Virus record (IMG/VR): IMGVR_UViG_3300017917_001172
Coordinates: 14,531-78,530 of that record
From: a virus
Strand: one strand, 5' to 3'
DNA: 64,000 bases
Shown here one piece after another: positions 37,446 to 47,718 of this stretch. Position 1 is the first letter of the stretch, and each line of letters starts with the position of its first letter. Under the pieces are notes generated by a model. That model made no database searches. It was not told where the DNA came from and saw only the letters and a program-made list of their open reading frames with translations. Position numbers and translations under genes: made by a program.

Positions 37446-38504
37446 TTATTCCTCTTCCTTGATTTCTGCAATCTCTACAGGAACCTCAGAAGCCTTGGAC
37501 TCATCCCACTCATCCATGATGATCTTGAGCTTGTCTTCAGTCCATTGCTTGCGGAACTCCTTGATGACTTCGCCATCCTTGGTAGTGTAAGCGAGCTTGT
37601 TGCCATCCTTCTTGATCACGCCCTTGGCTTCGAACAGCTCAAGCAAGCCTGATGTTGGGCTCATGCCTGTGTCATAAGGAATCTTTACCTGTACTGATTC
37701 AAATGGCTTGGCATAGCGTGTCTTCATGACCTTGCAAGCTGCACGGATACCACGCACCTCGGAGATCTTGTTGCCATCCTCATCTTCCTTGAGCTTGAGC
37801 TTGCGCATAGCTACCACGATAGATGAGGCATAGATGAAGCCTTGGCCGCCTGAGATCTTGTCGTCTGGATCAAACATGTCTTGGCTTGCATAGGTATGGT
37901 TAGTAGCAACCAGACCAACGTTCATGCTGCCAAACATGTTGACGCAGTTACGAACAAGCGCAGTAAGAGCCTTGGGCTTACGTCCCATGTCACCCTTCAT
38001 GTCACCAGCTTCGAACTGATTGACGTCTGTGGGCGTGAGCAGCATACCTAGCGAGTCAAGCACGAACAGGACTTTGGGACGCTCATCAGCTGCCATGGTC
38101 TTGTAATCCTTCATGAAGGTGCTAATCATCTTAGCAACGTCATCAATCATGGCCATGTTCAGCTTGAGCAGCTTGCTCTCGTCTGTGTCAACGCCAAGTG
38201 CTTTGAGCCAATCCTCGTCGAGAGCGTTCTCAGTATCGATCAGCACGACAAAAATGCCTTGCTGCTGGGCATGCCTCACGATGTTACCAGAGCAGATGTA
38301 GCTCTTGCCTGCACCTGATTCACCAGCGAACACAGTGACCTTGCCCATGGGAATGCCCTTATGGAAGTCACCGCTGATGAGATAGTTCAGCGTGTAGTTG
38401 CCTGTGCTTACCCAGTCAGTAGGATCATTGAATCCGATGCTGAGTCCGTCAATGCTCTTGGTTAGATCCTTGCGGAATTTTGATAAGTCAAATGGTTTAG
38501 CCAT
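37446..38504 (-). CDS. uvsX: RecA-family recombinase UvsX
   Basis: AGESGAGKS, DTENA, LDSLG, TNHTY, SGG, KTR. Confidence 0.93.
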   Translation of the reverse strand: MAKPFDLSKFRKDLTKSIDGLSIGFNDPTDWVSTGNYTLNYLISGDFHKGIPMGKVTVFAGESGAGKSYICSGNIVRHAQQQGIFVVLIDTENALDEDWLKALGVDTDESKLLKLNMAMIDDVAKMISTFMKDYKTMAADERPKVLFVLDSLGMLLTPTDVNQFEAGDMKGDMGRKPKALTALVRNCVNMFGSMNVGLVATNHTYASQDMFDPDDKISGGQGFIYASSIVVAMRKLKLKEDEDGNKISEVRGIRAACKVMKTRYAKPFESVQVKIPYDTGMSPTSGLLELFEAKGVIKKDGNKLAYTTKDGEVIKEFRKQWTEDKLKIIMDEWDESKASEVPVEIAEIKEEE

Positions 38505-39666
38505 GTTGTTGCCTTTCTGTCAATTCATAAAAAGTCTTAAAGATTTGCCTACTGTCTAATCCTCGGCGTGTGTCGAGGTCAGATATATATCTCTTGGTCG
38601 CAGCAAGATCAGATTCAAATGGTTGCTTGATGTGATCCAACAACACCTTGTATCCGTCCTCTAATAGGTAACCGTGCTTCATTGCTATTCGTTCTCTTAG
38701 TAGGCTTTCTAAAGATAATAGCGTGTCTTGCGGCAAATTCCTAATATCCAGTTGGACAGGTCCTTTTATTGCACCTAACGCAAACGAATTCGCTGCAAAT
38801 CCTTGTGACATGAAGTAGTCAATGGTATCAAACAACGAGGTATGATTGAGCACGAACCAAAGCATGTTAAAAGTTATCTTGTGCGGTAGCTGTCTGATGG
38901 TCTGTAGATTATTCAGCAAGTCCTGCCACACGCCGCCATATCGTATGTACTCAAACTCTTTGCCCATGGTTTCTACGCTAACTGTCCAATGCACGTTAGG
39001 AAAAGAACAGATGAGACGGAAGATGCCCGTGCTAGTGTTGCTTAGATTAGTATTGACCCTGAGCTCAACTTCTGGATTGCATTCCTTCAGCTTTGACAGC
39101 AGTTGTTCGTTCTCTGTCATCAGCATAGGTTCGCCGCCTGCTAGATAGATGTTCTTGAGCTTGTGTGCATTGTCCATGACATAAGACTTCATCCGCTCAT
39201 AACGTTCAGCAGGAGGCTTTTCAATGTTGAGTCCTAGCTCTCTTTCCCACTTGCTACTCCATTCTGGTCCACAGTAGATGCATGCAAAATTGCAGGTGTT
39301 TTGCCATCTTAGATCTACGTGGCTAAGATCAAAGTTGTCGATGCTATCGTATGTGCCGAGCGGTACTGACTTGAGTTGTTTTAAGTAGTACAGCCTGCTA
39401 CTCATTATGCCCTGAATGCTTTTCTTGCCCGCTTCTAGAGAATGGCAACCTTTACAACCAGAAGGATATTCATTGTTTAACATAGCACGTCTTATCTTGC
39501 AGTTAGTTTCACTGCCAAGGACGTTTTCTATCGGCGCGTCTTTGATGTTACCTAAGGTTTCTGTAGACTGTGTACAGTTCTTTACCGTGCCATCAATTTG
39601 ATAATAGAACCCAGTCCACGGCAATGGACAAAAGCTACCATTGGTTAGATAACCTTTAGGATCCAT
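38497..39666 (-). CDS. Radical SAM protein with N-terminal twitch/SPASM-like domain
   Basis: FCPLPW..C..CKGC; CNFACIYC; GGEP; NTN. Confidence 0.88.
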   Translation of the reverse strand: MDPKGYLTNGSFCPLPWTGFYYQIDGTVKNCTQSTETLGNIKDAPIENVLGSETNCKIRRAMLNNEYPSGCKGCHSLEAGKKSIQGIMSSRLYYLKQLKSVPLGTYDSIDNFDLSHVDLRWQNTCNFACIYCGPEWSSKWERELGLNIEKPPAERYERMKSYVMDNAHKLKNIYLAGGEPMLMTENEQLLSKLKECNPEVELRVNTNLSNTSTGIFRLICSFPNVHWTVSVETMGKEFEYIRYGGVWQDLLNNLQTIRQLPHKITFNMLWFVLNHTSLFDTIDYFMSQGFAANSFALGAIKGPVQLDIRNLPQDTLLSLESLLRERIAMKHGYLLEDGYKVLLDHIKQPFESDLAATKRYISDLDTRRGLDSRQIFKTFYELTERQQHG

Positions 39667-40210
39667 TTTTATTTGGTCCTAGTGAGATTTCAGGTATCTT
39701 GAAATCGCTTCCGCATATATCCATCAGCGTTAGCAGAGTCTTGGCCCAATCATCAGCATCTGCTGCATTCTCTACGGTCATTCCGTTTCCGGTAGCTACT
39801 GACCCTGGGCGCACTAGCATCATCTTTGGTCCATTTTCATGTTCATGATATAGTTGCCTGTGTGCTTCTTCCAACGCTAATTTCTGCACCCTGTATTGAT
39901 TCATGCCTATGCCTGGCATCGAAGCTACAGGACTGTTAGTCATCATGGTTGATATGTTCATTATGAACTTGTTAGGTTCATCTTTCCATTGTTCATATAC
40001 TGCATACAGCAGCTCAGTCTGGGAGAATCCAGCCTGTGCATTGTTGATGAACCAATCACATTCTGCAATGGGACCTACGATCTTATGGAGGCTCTTGATG
40101 TTATAACCGTTTCGCCTGCTGAGACCAACTATCTCGTGACCTCTGTTAGCTAGCTGATTAGCTAAAGCCAGGCCGATACCAGAACTATGACCAGTGATAG
40201 CAATTTTCAT
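39656..40210 (-). CDS. Short-chain dehydrogenase/reductase
   Basis: ITGHSSGIG, NNA, YRVQK. Confidence 0.85.
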   Translation of the reverse strand: MKIAITGHSSGIGLALANQLANRGHEIVGLSRRNGYNIKSLHKIVGPIAECDWFINNAQAGFSQTELLYAVYEQWKDEPNKFIMNISTMMTNSPVASMPGIGMNQYRVQKLALEEAHRQLYHEHENGPKMMLVRPGSVATGNGMTVENAADADDWAKTLLTLMDICGSDFKIPEISLGPNKNGS

Positions 40211-41168
40211 AATTGGTTCCTCTAAGTTTATCTTGTTCTTTAATGTAGTTTAGCAATTCATCAGAGTTATCAGGTCCTACTGCCACATCTTGTACGTGTG
40301 CAGCTTGCCTAGTCAGAGGGTTGCTATAATAAACATCTAGAGCAGAAGGATGTTTCAATCTTCCCATGCTGACAGGTATGCCAACCTGCTCGCTATACTG
40401 TCTTATCTCATCTAGATTACCTACGGTATAAGCAGATACAGTAGTCCAGAAATCTAGAGACAATTGGCTATCTTTCTCGCTAATCTCCTTGTAACGCATG
40501 ACCGTCTCGTTAAAGACTGGCCAGCGCAAGGGCCATCTCGCATATTCATAGATCTTGTCAGTGCCATCCAAGCTCATGGTTATTATGACCTTGATGCCTT
40601 TGGCAAGGATCTTAGGCAAAGGCTTGATGAACTTGCTAGCGTTTGTGTTAACCCTGACTATCTTAACATTGCTGGGCAAATCATCTAGCAGTGCTAGATA
40701 ATTAGGACTGTTAGATGGTTCGCCCCCGTTGATATCGAGTTCAATGATCCTGTCCTGCGGCAAGGATTTAAAAGCATCAACGTTGTTGACTATCTTATAA
40801 TCAGGCCCACTTAGGCTACCAATCTTAGTGCTTAGGTTAGCACTACAAAACTGGCAAGCTGCGTTGCAGATGTTATCTAATATACCACCTACTATTAAGT
40901 AGTCAGGCCTAACGTGCTTCAATATCTTATCGCGTTGTATAGCATGTTGCCTTATGCTAGTTTGTCCTAGGCTTTCTTCTTGTTGGCATCTAACGCATTC
41001 TTTTGGCCAAGTGCTATTGTTGAAATGATCCTTGATGGATAAAAGAGCTGAGTTGCCTTCGAGGTCCTCTAAGGTTTGTGCTGTTGGGCCATTCATCATG
41101 TGTCCGCAAACACCTATCTTGCCGTCTGGCATTATGCGCCTGAAATGATTTAACCTAGGGCAAAACAT
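40185..41168 (-). CDS. Radical SAM protein
   Basis: FCPR..C..CVRC; CNAACQFC; GGEP; SLDG. Confidence 0.88.
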   Translation of the reverse strand: MFCPRLNHFRRIMPDGKIGVCGHMMNGPTAQTLEDLEGNSALLSIKDHFNNSTWPKECVRCQQEESLGQTSIRQHAIQRDKILKHVRPDYLIVGGILDNICNAACQFCSANLSTKIGSLSGPDYKIVNNVDAFKSLPQDRIIELDINGGEPSNSPNYLALLDDLPSNVKIVRVNTNASKFIKPLPKILAKGIKVIITMSLDGTDKIYEYARWPLRWPVFNETVMRYKEISEKDSQLSLDFWTTVSAYTVGNLDEIRQYSEQVGIPVSMGRLKHPSALDVYYSNPLTRQAAHVQDVAVGPDNSDELLNYIKEQDKLRGTNYENCYHWS

Positions 41169-41766
41169 CTGCTAACCTCTTGGCGTGGCCAAACACATGG
41201 TTGTATAAAGGCCTGTTGGATGCGATTTTGGCCAATATCTCTCCGAGATTCCTATCCTCACCTACCATGCTATACAAGCATTGATCAGCTTCTAGATAGA
41301 ACGACATGTTGTTTATCTTCCAATCTGATCTCTGAGCAGTCTTGTTCTCTGTTAGGTCAGTCAAGCTAGACAAGTGTTCCATTCCCCTAAGCTTGAGCAA
41401 TGCATCTTTAGAACAGTAGGTTCCTAGCCAGATCAACCAGTTTATCTGCGGCAGGTAATGCCTATCTAAGAACGCATAATGCTCTACGAAGTATCGAACA
41501 GTAGCAGGATCTAACTTTTCATCAATGCCTGATGCAAAAGCTTCTATTCCAGCATTAAATCTATCAATAGGATCTCGAAGTATGATCTCGATAGACTCGC
41601 ATTTCTTTATTTGCTGGTTGATCAATATCTTCCGGTTATCTAGCTTAGCCTGTTTACGCAGGCTGCTACTACCATTCTTGAAGATAGGAAAGACGAAACG
41701 CTGTGAGGCAAACTCAATCACCTCACAGCGGTTTGGGTATAAGATCTTATCGATCTCAGTGAACAT
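41155..41766 (-). CDS. Sulfotransferase family 2-like protein
   Basis: PIFKNGSSSL, RDPIDRF, DRHYLPQ. Confidence 0.6.
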   Translation of the reverse strand: MFTEIDKILYPNRCEVIEFASQRFVFPIFKNGSSSLRKQAKLDNRKILINQQIKKCESIEIILRDPIDRFNAGIEAFASGIDEKLDPATVRYFVEHYAFLDRHYLPQINWLIWLGTYCSKDALLKLRGMEHLSSLTDLTENKTAQRSDWKINNMSFYLEADQCLYSMVGEDRNLGEILAKIASNRPLYNHVFGHAKRLADVLP

Positions 41767-42779
41767 TACTTCTGGCGTGAACGGATCATCGCCAAGATGT
41801 CTTCTGCACGGGCACTACCACTGCTAGCCTTGGGAGGCTCAGTGGCTGTAGCAGTGCCGGTCTCAAAAGGGACTTCATCGTCCTCGTTCACAGCAGACTT
41901 AGCAGATACAGGTGCGGGATTCGCTGGCCTTGCCGCAGCTGAGCTACGAGCAGACTTGTCGTCTGCGTCTGCTTCGTTCCTGCTACCACCAGCGATCTGG
42001 AGACCAGCTGGCTTGTAGTATTGGCCCCAACGATCAGGATCATATGCCTGGCCATCAACGCTGGCTTCAAACATATCCATGATCACCTGGAGCTCAGTAG
42101 ACGTTGGCTTCTTGGGCAAGAAGTCCTTGAGGTTGAACAACCCGTGGGCATCGATAGCAGCACGTTCAACATTGCTCAGTGCAGACTCCTTGCGAGCCCA
42201 CTTAGACGTGCTGTAGTCAGCGTAACCACCCTTGCTGGTCTTCGTGATGCTAAAGTCTAGACCACGATCATAGCTGGTCGGAAGCTCTTCGATCTCACTG
42301 TCCATCAGCGCGGCCTTGACCACGTTGAAGATCTGGGGACCGATGATGAACCTACGGATTGGATTCTCAGGCTGCGTTTCTTCGCTCATGGGGCTTTCGC
42401 GAACGAAACCCTGGAACACGTAAGAACGCTTCTTCCAATACTTACGGCCTTGGTCTTCCAGTGACTTGTCCTTGAACCAACCGCGCACTTCGCTAAGAAC
42501 TGGGCAAGTTTCGCCCCACATCTCGACGCAGGGAACCTGTACCTGGGCAGGCTTAGAATCCATCTGCCCTTTGACACCTGCAAACGGCAGCTTGATCATC
42601 GCACGTTCAACCCAGAAGAAATCATTGGTGTTGTCACCATCTGGGAGGAACCTAACTTTTGCTGTTGAACCTTCTGGAATGTTCCAGTGCGGGTAGATGC
42701 CCTTGTCGCCCCCGCCCTGTCCCTGACTGCGGGACTCTTGCTGCTGTAGCCTTGCGCGAATTTCTGCTAGTGTAGCCAT
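41766..42779 (-). CDS. gp32: Single-stranded DNA-binding protein (T4 gp32-like)
   Basis: VRFLP, C..ETCPV, GLDFSITK, YADYSTS, C-terminal DILAMIRSRQ. Confidence 0.88.
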   Translation of the reverse strand: MATLAEIRARLQQQESRSQGQGGGDKGIYPHWNIPEGSTAKVRFLPDGDNTNDFFWVERAMIKLPFAGVKGQMDSKPAQVQVPCVEMWGETCPVLSEVRGWFKDKSLEDQGRKYWKKRSYVFQGFVRESPMSEETQPENPIRRFIIGPQIFNVVKAALMDSEIEELPTSYDRGLDFSITKTSKGGYADYSTSKWARKESALSNVERAAIDAHGLFNLKDFLPKKPTSTELQVIMDMFEASVDGQAYDPDRWGQYYKPAGLQIAGGSRNEADADDKSARSSAAARPANPAPVSAKSAVNEDDEVPFETGTATATEPPKASSGSARAEDILAMIRSRQK

Positions 42780-42797
42780 GATGCATATCTCCTCTGT

Positions 42798-42863
42798 TGC
42801 CTATTCATGCCTTAGTGTTGCCTTAGCACACACTGTTCACACAGTATATGCTAAGGTATTTAT
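42798..42863 (-). promoter_or_regulatory. gp32 leader: late promoter, 16-bp GNRA hairpin and three AGGCA repeats
   Basis: ATAAATA (42857-42863); CCTTAGCATATACTGT-GTGA-ACAGTGTGTGCTAAGG; AGGCA at 10-11 nt spacing before GAGGAG. Confidence 0.65.
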
Positions 42864-42888
42864 GTCTGCAAATTATTTGTTGGTAAAA

Positions 42889-45273
42889 TTAGATTCCAGC
42901 GAGGGTTTTTAGGAGCTGGAGGCTTTCAGCCATCAACTTGTCCTCGTTGATGTCTGCTTCGTTGTATGGCTTGTCTTTGGTAGCTGCGATAGCCTTGTCC
43001 TTGGGCTCACCGCTCTTGACCCTGCGGGCGATCATCACATCTGCGAAATCGCTATCACCATCACCGTCCTGATCGTCCTTGACCCTTAGTTCCTTCTCGA
43101 CAACTACTTCGCTGTCGTTCATCAGCAATTCGCGCACAGCAGCTTCATCAAACTTGCCCTGCACAACCATCTTCTTCATCATCGAAGTAAGTGCAGCAGC
43201 CTTCTTGGGATCGCTAGCTGCGGCCTGCATGATAGTGCTGCCGATACCGCCTAGCATGCCCTTGGTCTGCGTTCCTGGAGCCTTGCCAGCAGCCTGAGCA
43301 GCCATTGCTTGTGCTATCTGGTTTGGAGGCGCCTTGATTCCAGCAGCTTGTGTTACTTTGCTAACGTTCTTAGCTGCCTGTTGCAGCTTGGGATCACGCA
43401 AAGCATCAGCTGGACTAGCTGGTTGCTGCGGTGCTACAGGAGCAGCTTCATTTACATCCAATGATCTGATGATGCTGTTAACCCATGCGCTGACGTCGCT
43501 AGAACCGATCTCATCAACATCGCCTACAAATTCAGCTTCGTCTTGCGCTGCCTGCATGACCTTGTCTAGTCCATACTTCTGAACTAGATCCATGTGGCGC
43601 ATCTGAATCCTGCGCAGGATAGCATTAAACGCAGGAGAATCCTCGTAATCCATGCCATAATCTGCTTCTGATACCTGATCTTCATCCATACCAGTTACAG
43701 CCTTATGAGCAAATCTTTTAGAGATCGCTTTCTGTCGATCTGCGTCTCTTGTCTTCTCCTTGCTATATTCTGGACTGATTCGAGAGACCAGTGATACTTT
43801 AGACTTTGCTTGATCTCTGTAAAATCTTTCATTGTCGGCATATTTCTTAGACCAATCAGCAGCATCTTTTTCATAATCTTCTGGCATTAACTCAGTTGCC
43901 CAAGACTCAAATGCTTCTGCTTCATGGAAGCCGCCTTCACGCTTCTTCTTAGCGCCATATACTTCCCTTGGATCCTTGCGCACCATCTCTCCGTATGCAG
44001 GATCAGTTGCCATCTTCTTGATGTCGTCCATGTAACGCTTGGCTAGCAACATGCCTAGTTGCTTGTCCTTGGGATCTAGTTCTCTGTCGTGTAGCCTCTC
44101 AGCTACATCGCTAGCAAAGTTTGCTAGTGCATCCATGTCGTCACCGATCGCTCTGCTAGCAATGTCGGAAAGGATGAAGCCCATCAAGCCCATTGCATCA
44201 GTGAACTTGGTCTTGCGGATCATCTGATCGGCTGCTGGATCAGCTTTCAGCACTATCAGCTTTTTGGGATCCTTAATCATCTTCTCTACTGAGCCTGAAG
44301 CTTCAGTGATCTCTGCGCTTGCCAATGCGCGACCTACGGCTGGTAATAGCTGTTCCATCTTTTGATCCCATACTTTCCTAGTGAATATTTCCTTGATCTC
44401 GTCCAGCTTGCCGTTTGGGTCAGCATCGCTTGGCTTGTAATTCTCTGCATAGGTCTTGTAACCATTAGGATGGCTCAATGCACCTAGCGTAGCCTTCAGT
44501 CCTTGATATCTTTCCACAATCTTGTTGCGTATCTCAGCAGCATGCTCATCTTCCATAGCGTGGCTGCGAGTCATCCTAGCAAACTTGCTGAGATCGCGCA
44601 TCTCGCCAATCATGCCTAGTATGTGCTTGCCCATGTCATCGTATGGAGTGCCGCCCTCTGAGACGTGGCGTGCCATCGCTCTTGCACCAGTTAGATAATT
44701 GTATGGGAACTTGTAACGCTCACCATCTGAACGCTCTAGATAGATGCCATGTATGCTTCTTGACCTAGCGCCAGGCACTGCTTCATCTACGCTCTTGCTG
44801 TGTTGGACTATTATCTTCACAGACTCGAGAGCTTGATAGCTCCTGCGCTTGCTGCCCCACATGGTGCTTTCGCTGATGCTAACGTCTTTTTCCTTCATAG
44901 TACCGTCTGCCTTGCTTAACCAATCAAAATCTCTTGAGTCTAGCTGATCCTTGGCCATGTCTCTTGCATCAAACGTGAGGAGGTTACGCTTGGCAAATTC
45001 TCGCAGTTCTTTCAAGAATCCGTACCAAGCAGCCTTGTCCTCGACTGCATCGACTATGTTCTCGCCAAAGAACACTTTCATGCCCCTACCATCTACCAAG
45101 CTGATGCTGACTGGGCCAACAGGCTTGTCATTTTCCTTGTAGATTATGTTAAAGAATCTAGCTTCTGAGGGCTCAGTAGTGCTCTCAGATTTCTCGTTAC
45201 CCAGCGTTACTGGGCTGAAACGGCTTCTCAGCTTTTGGAATAGATCATTTGCTGTTTTATCAATCGGGCGCAT
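42889..45273 (-). CDS. Large putative head/internal protein
   Basis: 794 aa; many xxE-A sites; DQDGDGDSDFAD motif; TAAATA 4 nt before ATG. Confidence 0.6.
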   Translation of the reverse strand: MRPIDKTANDLFQKLRSRFSPVTLGNEKSESTTEPSEARFFNIIYKENDKPVGPVSISLVDGRGMKVFFGENIVDAVEDKAAWYGFLKELREFAKRNLLTFDARDMAKDQLDSRDFDWLSKADGTMKEKDVSISESTMWGSKRRSYQALESVKIIVQHSKSVDEAVPGARSRSIHGIYLERSDGERYKFPYNYLTGARAMARHVSEGGTPYDDMGKHILGMIGEMRDLSKFARMTRSHAMEDEHAAEIRNKIVERYQGLKATLGALSHPNGYKTYAENYKPSDADPNGKLDEIKEIFTRKVWDQKMEQLLPAVGRALASAEITEASGSVEKMIKDPKKLIVLKADPAADQMIRKTKFTDAMGLMGFILSDIASRAIGDDMDALANFASDVAERLHDRELDPKDKQLGMLLAKRYMDDIKKMATDPAYGEMVRKDPREVYGAKKKREGGFHEAEAFESWATELMPEDYEKDAADWSKKYADNERFYRDQAKSKVSLVSRISPEYSKEKTRDADRQKAISKRFAHKAVTGMDEDQVSEADYGMDYEDSPAFNAILRRIQMRHMDLVQKYGLDKVMQAAQDEAEFVGDVDEIGSSDVSAWVNSIIRSLDVNEAAPVAPQQPASPADALRDPKLQQAAKNVSKVTQAAGIKAPPNQIAQAMAAQAAGKAPGTQTKGMLGGIGSTIMQAAASDPKKAAALTSMMKKMVVQGKFDEAAVRELLMNDSEVVVEKELRVKDDQDGDGDSDFADVMIARRVKSGEPKDKAIAATKDKPYNEADINEDKLMAESLQLLKTLAGI

Positions 45274-45300
45274 GCGATATTTAGCGCGGATTAGATTTTC

Positions 45301-46863
45301 TTAAAGCACGATGAATGGCATGGGTTCTATCATGTCTGCAGGATTATCCTTCAAGCTTTCAGCTATGCTAGCATCGTAATGCTTGAGGATGTTGGCCATG
45401 TTTACAGCTAGCAGCGTAGCAGAAACTAGATCGTCTTTTTCGCCAGTCTTTGCAGCAAATCCTGCACCGTGTGCAACAAAGGTCTTGAGCTCAGATATCA
45501 AGGGCTTGCTGAATATTCTCATCTTGCCCGTTTCTACCCAATGCTTGAGCTTGGCACAAGCTGCGACCTTCTTGGTATTTGTGGTGTTGAATCCTTTGCG
45601 ATAGCGCCTAGCAGCCCCTGCCTTGTAAGGCTCTGAAAGGAAGGTCCCGTGTATGTTTTCCTCGCCGATCTCAGCTATGACGTTTAGCGCAGCTTCGCCT
45701 ATGGTGTTGTTTTCTACCGTATAATAGATGTTGTTAGCGTCATCAATCTGCTCTGCTAGATACCTGTTGATCTCCTTGAGTATGATGACCTGCCGCGTTA
45801 TAGGGGTCTTGTTATGCATCCATTCTGCGACCTGCTTCATGCCCTGCAATTGGAAGACCTGGATAGCAGCATCATCGCCGCCGGTACCTAGGCTAGGATC
45901 CCAGCTGACTAGATAGGTCATGCCCTTGACGGGCTTCGCATACCAGCGCACCTGTCCTTGGCGTTCTATGGGATCTGATCCTTCCATCTCAGACAGGAAC
46001 AAGCTGGATATCAGCGTCTCGTCATAGATGATGAATTCGCAGTTGTGTTCGCGACGGAAGCGTTCTGTGCCAATGCGGCCTTCTTCCTCTTGCGCCCATG
46101 TCTTGTCTCGGTCAGGGTGTGCATCCCACTTGGCAAGATAGTGTGCAAACCCGTTTATGCCTATCTTGGTAGTGTTACCAAACTCGTCTATGTTCTTCAG
46201 TGCGCCGCGCCAGATGGTGCTGAACTGATCGTCGTCTGAGTTTGGCGTTGAGGTTATGATTGCCTTACCACCAGTTGCTAGAGTAGGAGATATTGAAGCC
46301 CAGAACTCTCTAGCGATTCCTGGTCTCACGAACGCAAACTCGTCAGCGTATAGCATTGATATGGACATACCGCGTCCGGTTGTTTCTGTTGTCGTCGCTG
46401 AAACGATTCTGCTGCCGTTATCAAAGTCGATGCTGCCCTTGTTGTATGATACCACACCGCAGCGTATGTGATCAGGGCAAGCTTCGTAGGCATAGCGTAT
46501 GCGCTGCATGATTTCCTGCGCGCCTGTGTACTTGTGAGCGGCGATCAAGATCGTGCTGTCTGGCACGAACATGGCAAACCAAAGCAGGTATCCTGCTGCA
46601 ACTGTGGTCTTGCCCATCTGCCTTCCCAGCATGTTGATCGAGAACCTGTTCTCGTGATAGACATGTATGAGGTCTACCTGGTAAGGAAAGGGATCAAACT
46701 TCAGCTTGCCCTTGGTAGGATGCTGTATGTAGAAGAAGTTACGCAGGAAGTATTCAGGACCATTGTCAGGATCAGCAGAACTAACAAACTCTGCTATCTG
46801 CTGGTCCGTAAAGTCTTGCTTCTGATGCGCTTTCTTGATTAGTACGTTATCTGTGCTGCTCAT
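45301..46863 (-). CDS. terL: Terminase large subunit (gp17-like)
   Basis: FPYQ, GRQMGKTT, YADEFAF, TSTPN, WDPSLG, KDDLV. Confidence 0.95.
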   Translation of the reverse strand: MSSTDNVLIKKAHQKQDFTDQQIAEFVSSADPDNGPEYFLRNFFYIQHPTKGKLKFDPFPYQVDLIHVYHENRFSINMLGRQMGKTTVAAGYLLWFAMFVPDSTILIAAHKYTGAQEIMQRIRYAYEACPDHIRCGVVSYNKGSIDFDNGSRIVSATTTETTGRGMSISMLYADEFAFVRPGIAREFWASISPTLATGGKAIITSTPNSDDDQFSTIWRGALKNIDEFGNTTKIGINGFAHYLAKWDAHPDRDKTWAQEEEGRIGTERFRREHNCEFIIYDETLISSLFLSEMEGSDPIERQGQVRWYAKPVKGMTYLVSWDPSLGTGGDDAAIQVFQLQGMKQVAEWMHNKTPITRQVIILKEINRYLAEQIDDANNIYYTVENNTIGEAALNVIAEIGEENIHGTFLSEPYKAGAARRYRKGFNTTNTKKVAACAKLKHWVETGKMRIFSKPLISELKTFVAHGAGFAAKTGEKDDLVSATLLAVNMANILKHYDASIAESLKDNPADMIEPMPFIVL

Positions 46864-47108
46864 ATCATGTACTTATGAGTGAAATTGATCCGTTTCATCC
46901 CGCCCCAATAGTCTGCGTGGCTTAAATATATTGCTTGGATACGAGCCTCTATGTTGTTCTTCCAGTGATCCAAAAACTTGTGTATCCTCGGAAAATCTGG
47001 ATTCTGATCCACAGTCTGCCATAAGAATTCTTGGATCAAATGGCTGTGATCAGGCATGTAGTAATATATCTGTACGGTGGTCAACCGTTCTTCGAATAAC
47101 TGACCCAT
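46860..47108 (-). CDS. usg: Usg-family protein
   Basis: LTTVQIYYYMPDH..LIQEFLWQ..D..PDFPRI.KFLDHW. Confidence 0.75.
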   Translation of the reverse strand: MGQLFEERLTTVQIYYYMPDHSHLIQEFLWQTVDQNPDFPRIHKFLDHWKNNIEARIQAIYLSHADYWGGMKRINFTHKYMI

Positions 47109-47199
47109 GCAAATATTTATTATGGTTCTGGTCCAATTTATTGGTTGGCGTATCCTTGCCTTCGTATATAGTAAAGAGAGAGAAAGATGGAAGAAGAAA

Positions 47200-47718
47200 A
47201 TGAGTGATTGCTTGATCTTAAACGCAGATTATCGTCCGCTTTGCTATCTGCCCCTTTCCACGATTCCGTGGCAGCAGGCAGTCAAGCTTAGCTTCTTGGG
47301 TCGAATCAAGATCCTAGAAACATATGATGATTGGGAGGTCCGTAGCCCCAGCACCATAATGAAGGTGCCTGCACTAGCCATCACCCGAGAGTACATGAAG
47401 TACAAGCGAGCAGTTCGCTTCTCTCGCAAGAACCTGTATCTGCGCGACTTGTATCAGTGCCAGTACTGCGGGGAGACTTGTGACACGCATGAGTTAACAA
47501 TCGACCACGTGATCCCGGTTTCCAAAGGCGGCAAGACCACGTGGGACAACTGCGTGACGGCTTGCTATGATTGCAACTTCGAGAAGGGTAACAAGCATCA
47601 GCTGCCCAAGAGGTTGCCTTTCAAGCCCGAGTATTGGCATCTTGTGGGCGCAAACGCTGAAAAGCTAGGTTGGCACATCAAGCATCCTAGCTGGAACGAC
47701 TACATGAACATCAAGTAG
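47200..47718 (+). CDS. HNH endonuclease (McrA-like)
   Basis: LILNADYRPL, RDLYQCQYCG, TIDHVIPVSKGG, CYDCN..KGN; promoter TTGGCG-16-TATAGT. Confidence 0.88.
   Translation: MSDCLILNADYRPLCYLPLSTIPWQQAVKLSFLGRIKILETYDDWEVRSPSTIMKVPALAITREYMKYKRAVRFSRKNLYLRDLYQCQYCGETCDTHELTIDHVIPVSKGGKTTWDNCVTACYDCNFEKGNKHQLPKRLPFKPEYWHLVGANAEKLGWHIKHPSWNDYMNIK

Noticed and set aside
587-46863. Introns or inteins in nrdA, helicase, uvsX or terL
   Set aside because: The ORFs are continuous and of normal length.
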